From an uncultured virus (IMG/VR IMGVR_UViG_3300012259_000001) (Duplodnaviria > Heunggongvirae > Uroviricota > Caudoviricetes): 64,000 nt of DNA. The stretch is from positions 62,001 to 126,000 of the IMG/VR virus record IMGVR_UViG_3300012259_000001. The stretch is one strand, 5' to 3'. Below are positions 28,408 through 37,091 of this stretch, one piece after another (position 1 is the first letter of the stretch; each line of letters starts with the position of its first letter). The translations under genes and the position numbers were made by a program. Below the pieces are notes generated by a model that saw only the letters and a program-made list of their open reading frames with translations, ran no database searches and was not told the origin of the DNA.

Positions 28408-29703
28408 TTACGTGATGGAATGCTTGAAGTTGTATTTGGATACGCTCAACACTTTACCGTGCATGGCACCCATGAAAATGTACATCATCTGACTACCCAA
28501 GTCAGCCGCCAGCAAACCCAACGCCGTCGGGTTGATCGCATTGGGATTGCCCATGCAACGCTGGCAGAAACCCGTCTTAGGCGTCTTGCACAACATTGGT
28601 GAGCGCACTGTGACTTTTTTACCAATCTGAGATTTGGCGTAGTCTTCAGTGATCTCCTCAGAACCTTGCGGCGTTACCCGATAAAAGCCCACAAACTTTT
28701 TGAAGTTGTGCTCGGTGAATTCTTTCTCCCAACCCAACTTGCTACCACAGTCCTGTTCAGTGATTGTAGTGTTCTGGAAGACTCGTCCCAAGAACTTCAC
28801 TGCCTCGCCGCCCAAGGCGGTATCACGACCGCGGTTGTAAGAACCCTCCCGGAGCGAGTTGATCATGTCAGGCATCTTGTCGATATCCCAACCTTCATTC
28901 AGGCTGTTGACCACCAGCGTGGCCTTGGTGCCGTCTTGGAAGCCCATCTCGGCGCCGTGCATCAGGTGCATGCGTTTACGAACCACACCGTAGGATTTAT
29001 TCTCCTTCACGAAGAACCCATCACCCCCGTCGGGATCAGATTTCATCCACTCCTTATCCAGAGCAATGAGTTCAGCCTCCATCTTAGCAATGACGGCCGG
29101 GTCCCAGAGACGATCTTTGTTCTTCTCAAGAAGTTCTGCTCGCAACTTACGAGCATCTGGGTGAGTGGTCAACATGCGCTTGGTCGCCGAAGGCACACAC
29201 AATTGAGTGAACCCCGAAATACCAAAGATGGCCTTGTTGAACTTGCGGTAATCATCCGGATAAATCAGCTTAGGATCACGCTCCCCGTTTTCCGGATAGT
29301 CGGCCATCAAAGGACGAATCTTGTTCTGTACAGCGCCAGGCGTGAGCTTACCTGTCATGAACTCGATGCGATCGCCCAAGGCGTAGACCAACACATAGAA
29401 GTTGAAAAAGACGTTTCCAACCGGTACGTTCATTGCCTTTTTGCAATTGGGTACCAAGGCGGGAGTGATGTCCACTCGATCCGTGAACCGGAATAAGGGT
29501 TCTTGGGGTTGGGCATCATCAATAGTGATCAGGTTCTCAGGGTTCTCCGGATCAACAAAGACGGTGTTCTTTTCCGTACGCAGAAGAGCATAGGGGTAAC
29601 GTTCTTCCGGACCCTGCGTCACACTGAAGACAGACAGAGCCCACGATTTCTTGCGATATGCGCCTGCGTTAAGCGCTGCAAAAAGGTAATCAAGCTTGTT
29701 CAT
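28408..29703 (-). CDS. virion RNAP beta' C-terminal subunit (gp80-like)
   Basis: RGRDTALGG, EQDCGS, RSPMLCKT...FCQRCMG, MHG. Confidence 0.88.
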   Translation of the reverse strand: MNKLDYLFAALNAGAYRKKSWALSVFSVTQGPEERYPYALLRTEKNTVFVDPENPENLITIDDAQPQEPLFRFTDRVDITPALVPNCKKAMNVPVGNVFFNFYVLVYALGDRIEFMTGKLTPGAVQNKIRPLMADYPENGERDPKLIYPDDYRKFNKAIFGISGFTQLCVPSATKRMLTTHPDARKLRAELLEKNKDRLWDPAVIAKMEAELIALDKEWMKSDPDGGDGFFVKENKSYGVVRKRMHLMHGAEMGFQDGTKATLVVNSLNEGWDIDKMPDMINSLREGSYNRGRDTALGGEAVKFLGRVFQNTTITEQDCGSKLGWEKEFTEHNFKKFVGFYRVTPQGSEEITEDYAKSQIGKKVTVRSPMLCKTPKTGFCQRCMGNPNAINPTALGLLAADLGSQMMYIFMGAMHGKVLSVSKYNFKHSIT

Positions 29704-30544
29704 GAGTTACCGCCGAGAGGATTTCGCGCACCTGTTCCATTACTCGAATGATCAGGGGCAACTTAAGGAAGGTGTCTTCAACCACTTCTTCACTGACACG
29801 AAGTAGGTCGGCATCGGCCGCATCAGAAGCCAAGATAAAGGCCATGAGTTGCAAAGCCAGTTCGGAGACGTTGCGATCCAACATCGGATCGGCGACACGT
29901 TTTTCTTCGTAGTACGTCCGAAACGCTTCGGCCATGCTGGCAACCGGCAGATTGATCTTACCCCCAGCATCCACATAGGCCAACAACCAGGGATCTTTCA
30001 ACTGACTGGTACAGCTTTTAATACGCACCACTTTTCCAGTGCGTTGAACGGTGGGGGTATCAAACCCATCGTCTACCTTATGTACGGTGGTCAGCAAACG
30101 CTTCAGGAGCGCCGGGTTGACGTTATCAAGGTGAAGCAGTAGATCTTCCACAGTAAACTCGGAAGTCAGCTCTACGAGCGCTGCGAGCCGCTCCTCGGGC
30201 GATTCTTCGGACAGACAGATGGCCTCAATAGTCTCAACGTCGTCAAAGTCATCCAAGGTGTTGATACTGCGAATAATGGCGGTGGCATGTTTAAGACCAA
30301 AGGTCTCATTTAAGAACACACCAAATTGGTTGAGGGTCGATTCCAACAAGTTTTTAAGGTAGGCGTCGATCTCACTGACCACTTGGTCGCGACCAATTTC
30401 GCCCTCTTGACTGATCAGACCTTCGAGTTGAACAATGTGCATACTGATCCCGGAGTCCAGAATAACCTGGACGGCATCCACATACACTGCAGTCAATTCA
30501 GGTGTGATCACCGTACCCAGGAATTCTTCAATTTCTTCTACCAC
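29690..30544 (-). CDS. conserved hypothetical protein
   Basis: 284 aa, GGAGG SD, overlaps the gp80-like gene. Confidence 0.7.
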   Translation of the reverse strand: MVEEIEEFLGTVITPELTAVYVDAVQVILDSGISMHIVQLEGLISQEGEIGRDQVVSEIDAYLKNLLESTLNQFGVFLNETFGLKHATAIIRSINTLDDFDDVETIEAICLSEESPEERLAALVELTSEFTVEDLLLHLDNVNPALLKRLLTTVHKVDDGFDTPTVQRTGKVVRIKSCTSQLKDPWLLAYVDAGGKINLPVASMAEAFRTYYEEKRVADPMLDRNVSELALQLMAFILASDAADADLLRVSEEVVEDTFLKLPLIIRVMEQVREILSAVTHEQA

Positions 30545-30648
30545 AATGAACCTCCGGTTAAATAATACGACCTTCCCAAATTATACGAGACCATGCTCGA
30601 AAATTGTTCCCGAGCCCACGAATCAATTTACAAAAGGCAGAAAACGTT

Positions 30649-31098
30649 ATGTCCCGTAAGCACAACCCTTCCTACGTCAAGCGTGGGCCGAACAGTCTTA
30701 AAGAGCTGATTCAGGAGCGCAAAGACTTCGAAAACATCTGGAATGATCTGAGCCATTTGCAAGCTCAGTGCTTCCAGCTGAACCAGTCGCCCACCCAAGT
30801 GGTTGCTCTTCTGCGCAATCAGGAACTGGTGGCACGCGTTGCGGATAAAGCTTCGCTGATGCAACTGGCCAATACACTGAATCGCGACGTTCAGGATTTC
30901 AGTACACGACTGAATCAACTGAACGCTGCAGTCGATCAACACCGTGGTGGCGTAGTCGACCTGCCTAAGCTGGCCCTCCTGATGGATGTGGCACAGGCCT
31001 ACGATCAGTGGATCACGTCATATCAATTGGTCGTGGTGCCGACTGCTATGCAGATCACCGACCTCTTCAACCAACTCAATCAGAACCCGCAGGTGTAA
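30649..31098 (+). CDS. hypothetical coiled-coil protein
   Basis: 149 aa from ATG 30649; helical, Gln/Leu-rich. Confidence 0.7.
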   Translation: MSRKHNPSYVKRGPNSLKELIQERKDFENIWNDLSHLQAQCFQLNQSPTQVVALLRNQELVARVADKASLMQLANTLNRDVQDFSTRLNQLNAAVDQHRGGVVDLPKLALLMDVAQAYDQWITSYQLVVVPTAMQITDLFNQLNQNPQV

Positions 31099-31100
31099 CA

Positions 31101-32618
31101 ATGTCTGAGAACGAACTGCCAACACCCGAGAACGCATCCGAAGAAGGTGCCGAGAACACCCTGAACTCGAAGTCGACCAGTAGCTACGCCCCGAAAGCGG
31201 TTAACCTCAATGTTCGTCTTCAGTACCCCATCGACAAACCGTACTCCGGTGCCGATGCCAAAGCGATCTTCGCCGATCCCAACCTACACCTGACGTTCAT
31301 CAACGGGACACTGGGCGATCTCAAAGAGACCGGTGATAACCACCCGAACATCGAGGTCGAAGGTGATGCTGGTACTCGCCGTTGGGTTGAATCGCTCGAA
31401 CGTGGTTCTGCCAACCTGCTGCGCAACGAACCCTTCCAAGCAGCGCTGGACCAAGAAGGCGGTGACTGGCAACAGACCGTTGAGTCGGCTGGCCAACCCA
31501 TGGGCATCTCCCGTCCGCGCTTTGCAGAGTCCGGTACTGTCCTGACTGGCGAGCGTGCTGTCATGCGCATGACGGCTGCGCTGGGTTTGGGTACCATCCA
31601 CCAAGTACCGCTGTGGCATACTGGTATCTGGGTCAGTTTCAAAGCGCCGTCTGAAGCGTCGATCCTCGAACTGGAGCGTCGTGTCGGTTCGGCTAAAGTG
31701 ACGCTGGGTCGTATGACCAACGGTCTGGTGTTTTCGAACACCGCGGTTCACCTGATCAACGATCTGCTGGATTTTGCACTCCAGCACGTCTACGACACCA
31801 ACGCTAAAGAAATGTCGCCCAAGTACTTGGAAAGCATTGTGTTGGTGACCGATATCCCGTTGATCCTTTGGGGTCTGGCATCGGCCATCTACCCGAACGG
31901 TTACCCGTATTCGCGTGGCTGTATCAACACCGAGAAGGTGTGCAACCATGTGTTCGAAGCCCTGCTGAATCTCAGCAAGCTGATGTGGACCAACCGTGCG
32001 GCGCTGTCGGAATGGCAAACCAAGCGCATGTCTCAGCGCAAGACGCGGATGTCCGACGAAGACCTCAAGCGCTACGCCGAAGAGCACAAGTACAACCAAG
32101 AACGTCGGGTGTCCATCACCGACCAAATCGCCATCACTCTGGCGGTCCCAACCATCGAACAGTACTACAATTCGGGCAACGCCTGGATTGCCAACATCAT
32201 CAAGGTGATGGAAGGTGCGTTCGGTGAAAACATCCGTGGCGATGAGCGCGATGCCTACATCACCAACCAGGGTCGTTTGACCAACCTGCGTCAGTACGGC
32301 CACTGGGTGAAGGAAGTGCATATCGAAGAGGCAGAAATCGGCACTGACCGTGACACGATCGAAAACCTCATGGGTGTGTTGACCGCCGATGAAGAGACCC
32401 GCACCACTACCTTGGCAGCAGTGAGCGAGTACATCAACTCGGTGACTGTTTCGGTGATCGGTCTGCCCAAGCATGAGTGTCCGGTGTGTAAGGCCAACCA
32501 GGTTAAGGAAGAGGAAGCCCAGTTCAGTCCGTACGTCGTACCGATTGATGTGGCGCAAGTTTTTTTTACCCTACTCAACCAACGCATCTACAAGGTACTC
32601 ATAAAGTCCTCCCTTTAA
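31101..32618 (+). CDS. putative tail/baseplate-hub assembly chaperone (0-frame product)
   Basis: 505 aa; YPNGYPY, C..VC and HECPVC Zn-like motifs; ends just after a T8 slippery run. Confidence 0.6.
   Translation: MSENELPTPENASEEGAENTLNSKSTSSYAPKAVNLNVRLQYPIDKPYSGADAKAIFADPNLHLTFINGTLGDLKETGDNHPNIEVEGDAGTRRWVESLERGSANLLRNEPFQAALDQEGGDWQQTVESAGQPMGISRPRFAESGTVLTGERAVMRMTAALGLGTIHQVPLWHTGIWVSFKAPSEASILELERRVGSAKVTLGRMTNGLVFSNTAVHLINDLLDFALQHVYDTNAKEMSPKYLESIVLVTDIPLILWGLASAIYPNGYPYSRGCINTEKVCNHVFEALLNLSKLMWTNRAALSEWQTKRMSQRKTRMSDEDLKRYAEEHKYNQERRVSITDQIAITLAVPTIEQYYNSGNAWIANIIKVMEGAFGENIRGDERDAYITNQGRLTNLRQYGHWVKEVHIEEAEIGTDRDTIENLMGVLTADEETRTTTLAAVSEYINSVTVSVIGLPKHECPVCKANQVKEEEAQFSPYVVPIDVAQVFFTLLNQRIYKVLIKSSL
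32559..32567 (+). promoter_or_regulatory. putative -1 ribosomal frameshift site T_TTT_TTT
   Basis: GTT TTT TTT in frame 0; the -1 frame is open from 32549 continuously to stop 33088. Confidence 0.65.
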
Positions 32619-33088
32619 CCGTTAACCCCGAAGACCAAGACAGCCATGTGTTGTTGCCGGGCTTCGGGGCACGGTTTTATAACAAGCCGACCTTGTTGGA
32701 TAAAATCCTTGAGCAAGGAAAGCAGTTGGACAATATAGCGGCGCAGGTGGTGATGCGCGATGCCTACGAAACCCAGTACGGGATTTGTGATCACGGCAGC
32801 CCATCTGCTAACCCCTTGGCGTTGGTTGAGTATCAGCCAAAAGAAGATGTGTCAGAATACGGGACGCTTTACCGAACCTTTTATCAGTACCATCTGTACG
32901 AGGTTCATAAAGAGTGGGGGGTGTCTATTGTGGACTTCCTCAACATGCCCCGCGAGTACTGTGCTTTGATGTTACGAATCTCTTCTGAGAAAGCGGCTCG
33001 CATGACGGCTGAAACTCAAAAGCAAATTCGGGCAGCCCAGCAAGCACAGGCCGCCGCTGGTGTGGGTTTAGGAGGCGCGAAGCGATGA
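32567..33088 (+). CDS. -1 frame extension (gpT/E'-like chaperone half)
   Basis: Track ORF 32648..33088 has a GTG start without an SD; WGVSIVDFLNMP resembles tail-chaperone C-terminal modules. Confidence 0.6.
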   Translation, partial: YPTQPTHLQGTHKVLPLTVNPEDQDSHVLLPGFGARFYNKPTLLDKILEQGKQLDNIAAQVVMRDAYETQYGICDHGSPSANPLALVEYQPKEDVSEYGTLYRTFYQYHLYEVHKEWGVSIVDFLNMPREYCALMLRISSEKAARMTAETQKQIRAAQQAQAAAGVGLGGAKR

Positions 33089-33543
33089 TCGTGTATGAAG
33101 GCGAAGGGTCCTTGTTTGATACCCGGTTGCAAACTATCACAGCCCCGGTTAACACGGTAGGGGTGATGGGGAATGGGTTGGCATTGGCCATGAAACAACG
33201 GGTGCGGGGACTCTTCGACTTCTACAAAGATCTGTGTGACAAGGGTGAATTGAAGGTGGGGCAACCCCAACTGTATAAGATCCCAAAGTCACGTCATCAG
33301 GTCCTATTGTTTCCCACCAAAGCACACTGGAAAAATCCGTCTAAACCAGAGTACGTCATCGAGGGGCTGGATTACCTTGTGGCGAACTATAAAGAGATGG
33401 GGATCACAGAACTGGGGCTTCCGCCTCTGGGTTGTGGTTATGGGGGACTTGATTACATTAAGTTCCTTCGCCCCCTCCTCCATGAGAAATTGACGGACAT
33501 TGACCTTCCCGTCCACATCTACCTGTACAACCGCATCCTTTAA
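33085..33543 (+). CDS. macrodomain protein (DarG/TARG1-like ADP-ribose hydrolase)
   Basis: PVNTVGVMGNGLA, FPTKAHW, PPLGCGYGGL; AGGAGG SD. Confidence 0.88.
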   Translation: MIVYEGEGSLFDTRLQTITAPVNTVGVMGNGLALAMKQRVRGLFDFYKDLCDKGELKVGQPQLYKIPKSRHQVLLFPTKAHWKNPSKPEYVIEGLDYLVANYKEMGITELGLPPLGCGYGGLDYIKFLRPLLHEKLTDIDLPVHIYLYNRIL

Positions 33544-33546
33544 GAC

Positions 33547-33582
33547 TCAGGTGGGGTAACTCACCTGATGTTTTTTATGCCC
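33547..33582 (+). terminator. intrinsic terminator + TATGCC
   Basis: TCAGGTGGG-GTAA-CTCACCTGA-TGTTTTTTATGCC. Confidence 0.7.
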
Positions 33583-33590
33583 CTTCCAGT

Positions 33591-33622
33591 AAAAAGTATT
33601 TGAAACCTATATTACCCATAGG
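33591..33622 (+). promoter_or_regulatory. early promoter
   Basis: AAAAA tract then TATATTAC 33608-33615. Confidence 0.7.
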
Positions 33623-33664
33623 CAAGTGATATACTTGTTTAAACGCAACGAGGATTAAGCATCC

Positions 33665-34132
33665 ATGTACGTGTTAGTACGTTGTAAAGTAGACTTTCTA
33701 CAACCCACACCAGAACCCGTTTTACTGAACGCCCCACCCCCATTCCCTTATGCGTTGGCTCGTTCTCAGTTGGGTAACATTGAGTTTATGTGCGAAGTTC
33801 CCGAAGGCTTCAATTCACCCGACTATTTTGTTCACCCAATCGCCACCTCTGGCATCACACCTGAGATGTATCAGGCGATGATGACTCGCTACGTGGGCTG
33901 GGGTTTAAAGCCCCCTCAGCAGTGGTTGGAGAGTCCGTTGCTCAGTCAGGACATCGTCTTCTTTGTAGCCAGCGAAGACTGTCGACCGATTGCAGTGGAG
34001 GTCAGTACCCCCCGTTACGAGAAACTCTTCTTCCCGCATTTCGAAGGGGTCTCGTTAGTCAAAGCCAAGTCCACCACCATGGATGCAGTCCTGCACTATT
34101 GGCCCGATTCGTTCTGTCACCAAAAGCCCTAA
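33665..34132 (+). CDS. hypothetical early protein
   Basis: 155 aa, GAGGA SD, own promoter and terminator. Confidence 0.7.
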   Translation: MYVLVRCKVDFLQPTPEPVLLNAPPPFPYALARSQLGNIEFMCEVPEGFNSPDYFVHPIATSGITPEMYQAMMTRYVGWGLKPPQQWLESPLLSQDIVFFVASEDCRPIAVEVSTPRYEKLFFPHFEGVSLVKAKSTTMDAVLHYWPDSFCHQKP

Positions 34133-34134
34133 GC

Positions 34135-34167
34135 AGCATAAAGCCCTCACCTTCGGGTGAGGGCTTT
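34135..34167. terminator. bidirectional terminator
   Basis: GCATA-AAGCCCTCACC-TTCG-GGTGAGGGCTTT. Confidence 0.75.
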
Positions 34168-34306
34168 AGAGGCTGAAGTCATGGCTGTTTCTCAACAGTC
34201 ACTATACAGGCGCTGGTACTAGGCTGGATGGTGCCTTCTCGGCAGGACCAGACCCCTCAGTGGATCACCTCCTCGTGAGCAATGAATGTTCATTGCCTGT
34301 AGTCAT
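34168..34306 (-). ncRNA. candidate structured small RNA (or minigene) with a 13-nt Shine-Dalgarno mimic
   Basis: Early-type promoter (AAAAAA..GATATTAC, minus 34325-34308), nested stems with GAGA loops, AGGAGGTGATCCA (34273-34261), terminator downstream, no ORF over 24 aa starting at ATG. Confidence 0.5.
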
Positions 34307-34363
34307 AGTAATATCGTACTTTTTTGAACTATACCTTGAATAAACTTAAACTAAGGATGTCAC

Positions 34364-34792
34364 ATGGAGTTTCCCGCTTCTTTGTTGTCGGCATTAGGTT
34401 TCACTGAACCCAAACCTGAACAGCCAGTGGTCTTTATGCGGGCGGGTTGTACGAAAGATTCTCGCGTGCGTCGTGTCAAACCCGAAGGCAGTAACGCCTA
34501 CTTGATCCGGTCGTATCTTGAGAATCCTAAAGACGCATCCCCAACGGCTCGTCGTACCTTTCGCCAAGCGATTGTGTTACGTGATGTGGGAGGCAAACTA
34601 AGACACTACCCTTTGTGGTTGCTGTTCTCAAATTCGCCCACCCGTGAGGTATCGGCTAACAAGCACAACCAACTCCCGCCAGACATACATTGGGTCCGGC
34701 GCAAACGCAAGCAAGTCTGCCTGTACCTTAAAGCGCGTGCCCAAGTGGCTCTCTTAGAACAGATCGACAGTTGTGCAAAACCAAAAACGTAG
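34364..34792 (+). CDS. hypothetical basic protein
   Basis: 142 aa, TAAGGA SD. Confidence 0.65.
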   Translation: MEFPASLLSALGFTEPKPEQPVVFMRAGCTKDSRVRRVKPEGSNAYLIRSYLENPKDASPTARRTFRQAIVLRDVGGKLRHYPLWLLFSNSPTREVSANKHNQLPPDIHWVRRKRKQVCLYLKARAQVALLEQIDSCAKPKT

Positions 34793-34801
34793 GAGTGCTC
34801 C

Positions 34802-35257
34802 ATGGCGAGTGTAATCAGGTATTTGGTGCTTGAAGTTGATAATCGTGAGATTACCGACTTTGATCGGTTTGTTACCCAGATTGTACCGCGCACCCCACAC
34901 CTCAACCTGACAAAAGATTCCCTCTACAACTACTATGGCCACATCCTCCCGATTGAGGCCCAAGTGGACATAGGGGCTCGGTTGTATTTAGCCGAGGTGG
35001 TTGTCAGTGAGCTTAGTGTGCACCAAGACCATCCGTATTTGGTGGTCTATCGTGAAACTGTACAAACCCAAGTGGAGGAAGTTCCTTTCCTCATGCGGAG
35101 AATCGAGAGGATCTTGGGTCAGTTACAACGAGTTTCCCGACTGGACTTTAATCGACTTCAAGCCACCCCTTACTGGAACGTGATGTACGTGCAGGATTGG
35201 ATGGATGAGTTCGTCTTGGAGTTCGCCGAATGCTTCGATTTGAGCCTGCCGAAATAA
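34802..35257 (+). CDS. hypothetical protein
   Basis: 151 aa, AGGAG SD. Confidence 0.7.
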   Translation: MASVIRYLVLEVDNREITDFDRFVTQIVPRTPHLNLTKDSLYNYYGHILPIEAQVDIGARLYLAEVVVSELSVHQDHPYLVVYRETVQTQVEEVPFLMRRIERILGQLQRVSRLDFNRLQATPYWNVMYVQDWMDEFVLEFAECFDLSLPK

Positions 35258-35289
35258 AAAAATCTCAGATCTATATTACCTAGGTGAGT
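35256..35289 (+). promoter_or_regulatory. early promoter
   Basis: AAAAAAATCTCAGATC-TATATTAC(35272-35279)-CTAGGTGAG. Confidence 0.75.
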
Positions 35290-35336
35290 GGATTAACCAA
35301 ACCACTTATTCCCCCCCTCGTTCTAAGGAGAACATT

Positions 35337-35795
35337 ATGTTCGGTAATCTTCCAGGTCGTGTCACCACCGTTCGTGAACCCACCGTCTGTGAGTTCGAGC
35401 AGTGGAGTTACTTCGAAACCATGAAGGAGATCATCGATGCCAACAAAGCATCTGATGCTCTGAAGCTTCAGTACGCCAAGGGTGAAGAGTGGCAGTGTGA
35501 GAACGACGCTACGGTGCGTATACAAGGCGAAACCGATTCGTTCGGCGCCGAGTATCACCATTACTGCGAAGCGTGTTATACGCTCGAGCAGGAGCTTCAG
35601 CAGTACTTCACCGAGAGGCATGCCGAAGACGAAGCTCAATGTGAGTGGTGTAAGAAAGTCACCACCCAGAAAGACCTTCGTCACACCCGTGACATCGATG
35701 AAGGGTCAAACGGTCCGGTCTATGAAGTCTGTGGTAGCTGTCGTGCCCGACAGGCAGAGCAGATTGCAGAGGAACTCGCTTCCTACGACGACTGA
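35337..35795 (+). CDS. Zn-finger-like hypothetical protein
   Basis: CEAC, CEWC and CGSC pairs; TAAGGAG SD. Confidence 0.7.
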   Translation: MFGNLPGRVTTVREPTVCEFEQWSYFETMKEIIDANKASDALKLQYAKGEEWQCENDATVRIQGETDSFGAEYHHYCEACYTLEQELQQYFTERHAEDEAQCEWCKKVTTQKDLRHTRDIDEGSNGPVYEVCGSCRARQAEQIAEELASYDD

Positions 35796-35922
35796 GTAAT
35801 AACGCCCCTCTTCGGGGGGGGCGTCCACAGTTCTTAGGAGATTGGTACTTCTAAACCTTGAATAACACAAATCCCTTCTTATGAGGGGTCTTGTGCCCTG
35901 TAATCCTTAGGAGGATACGTAA

Positions 35923-36129
35923 ATGTGTCGTAAACAGTATTTGATTCGATTGTCATCTCTCGTTGCCAATGAGCGGCATCTGGAAGAAGATCTCAAGATA
36001 GCCAGCGACAGCGCTCAACGCCGCTTCGTGGAACTTAACCTACATCGCACGCGTAAAGCGATTGATGAACTGCACCACACCTACACCCTGCACAATCAAC
36101 GGGTGTACCCCGTAAGAGGTCGCGTATGA
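35923..36129 (+). CDS. small hypothetical protein
   Basis: 68 aa, AGGAGG SD. Confidence 0.65.
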   Translation: MCRKQYLIRLSSLVANERHLEEDLKIASDSAQRRFVELNLHRTRKAIDELHHTYTLHNQRVYPVRGRV

Positions 36130-36518
36130 ACGCTCACAAACCCCAGCACGAAGAACCTACCAGCTACCTGTTCCATAACAACGAACCGCTGAATGAACAA
36201 GAGCGTGAGCAGATCCGTCAATACCACCTTGGGAACATCACCCCCGAAAACGAGAAGCTGTTTCAAAGCATCCACGTTCGTCGGGGTAGCGGACCTGTGT
36301 ACTGGTACATTCCGTACCACTACCTGTTCATGGCGCGTAACTTGCAGTATACGCACAAGCGGTTGAATGGAGGTAAGGTTCCTTCTGCCTATTGGGTTAG
36401 ACGGAAAATCAAGCACGCCTTTCAGGAATTAGGACTCGGAGAAGAAGATGCACAAAAACATTTCCAGTACGATTCTCGCCACCTCGAACGTACATCATCG
36501 ACCACTCACACCCAGTGA
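36126..36518 (+). CDS. hypothetical protein
   Basis: 130 aa, ATGA coupling. Confidence 0.6.
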   Translation: MNAHKPQHEEPTSYLFHNNEPLNEQEREQIRQYHLGNITPENEKLFQSIHVRRGSGPVYWYIPYHYLFMARNLQYTHKRLNGGKVPSAYWVRRKIKHAFQELGLGEEDAQKHFQYDSRHLERTSSTTHTQ

Positions 36519-36705
36519 GCAGATCCAACTGCGTCGCCAAGGTCGATGGATTATCTACCTGTCGGTCCTGTTTGTGGTAGGCTTCTTGTTTACCTGGGCC
36601 ACTGAATCGTACTTTGATGTAGATGTAGCGGCCATCGAAGAACCCAAGTGTATCACTGTGGGTGTCGATGCTAGCTCCACACGTCCGCTGTGTCGGATCT
36701 ACTGA
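36448..36705 (+). CDS. small membrane protein
   Basis: 85 aa with one hydrophobic segment WIIYLSVLFVVGFLFTW. Confidence 0.55.
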   Translation: MHKNISSTILATSNVHHRPLTPSEQIQLRRQGRWIIYLSVLFVVGFLFTWATESYFDVDVAAIEEPKCITVGVDASSTRPLCRIY

Positions 36706-36741
36706 ACGACTGCTCATTCAAGTTCTAGGGAGAACACGTAA

Positions 36742-37059
36742 ATGAATGGCACCAAGGCCTTGCATACCTTGCAGGACGTTACGTCTGCAAGGCTTGAAGA
36801 AGTGAGTGTGATCAGTGCTTACATTGTACGTTCGGTAGATGGCGAATACCACGTGGTGGTGGTAGATCCCATGGAAGACCTACAAGGAGAAGTTGGGTTT
36901 TATACAGTGGACGATTCGACCGGGACCTATAAACTCCTTAACTTTATCGGGTTGTGTAAAGAGCAAGGGTCTGAGGTGGACTACTCTTCGTACTTAGAAG
37001 AGCGAGGCCTCAAGGTCATGGCTCATTATCACCCACGTACCTCAGCGGTCGCCGTTTGA
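36742..37059 (+). CDS. hypothetical protein
   Basis: 105 aa, GGGAG SD. Confidence 0.65.
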   Translation: MNGTKALHTLQDVTSARLEEVSVISAYIVRSVDGEYHVVVVDPMEDLQGEVGFYTVDDSTGTYKLLNFIGLCKEQGSEVDYSSYLEERGLKVMAHYHPRTSAVAV

Positions 37060-37091
37060 ATTAATGGGGTCTTCGGACCCCCTTTCATTTT

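Noticed and set aside
34261..34273. 16S rRNA gene fragment
   Set aside because: Only the terminal 13 nt match; flanks are not rRNA. Treated as an SD-mimic motif instead
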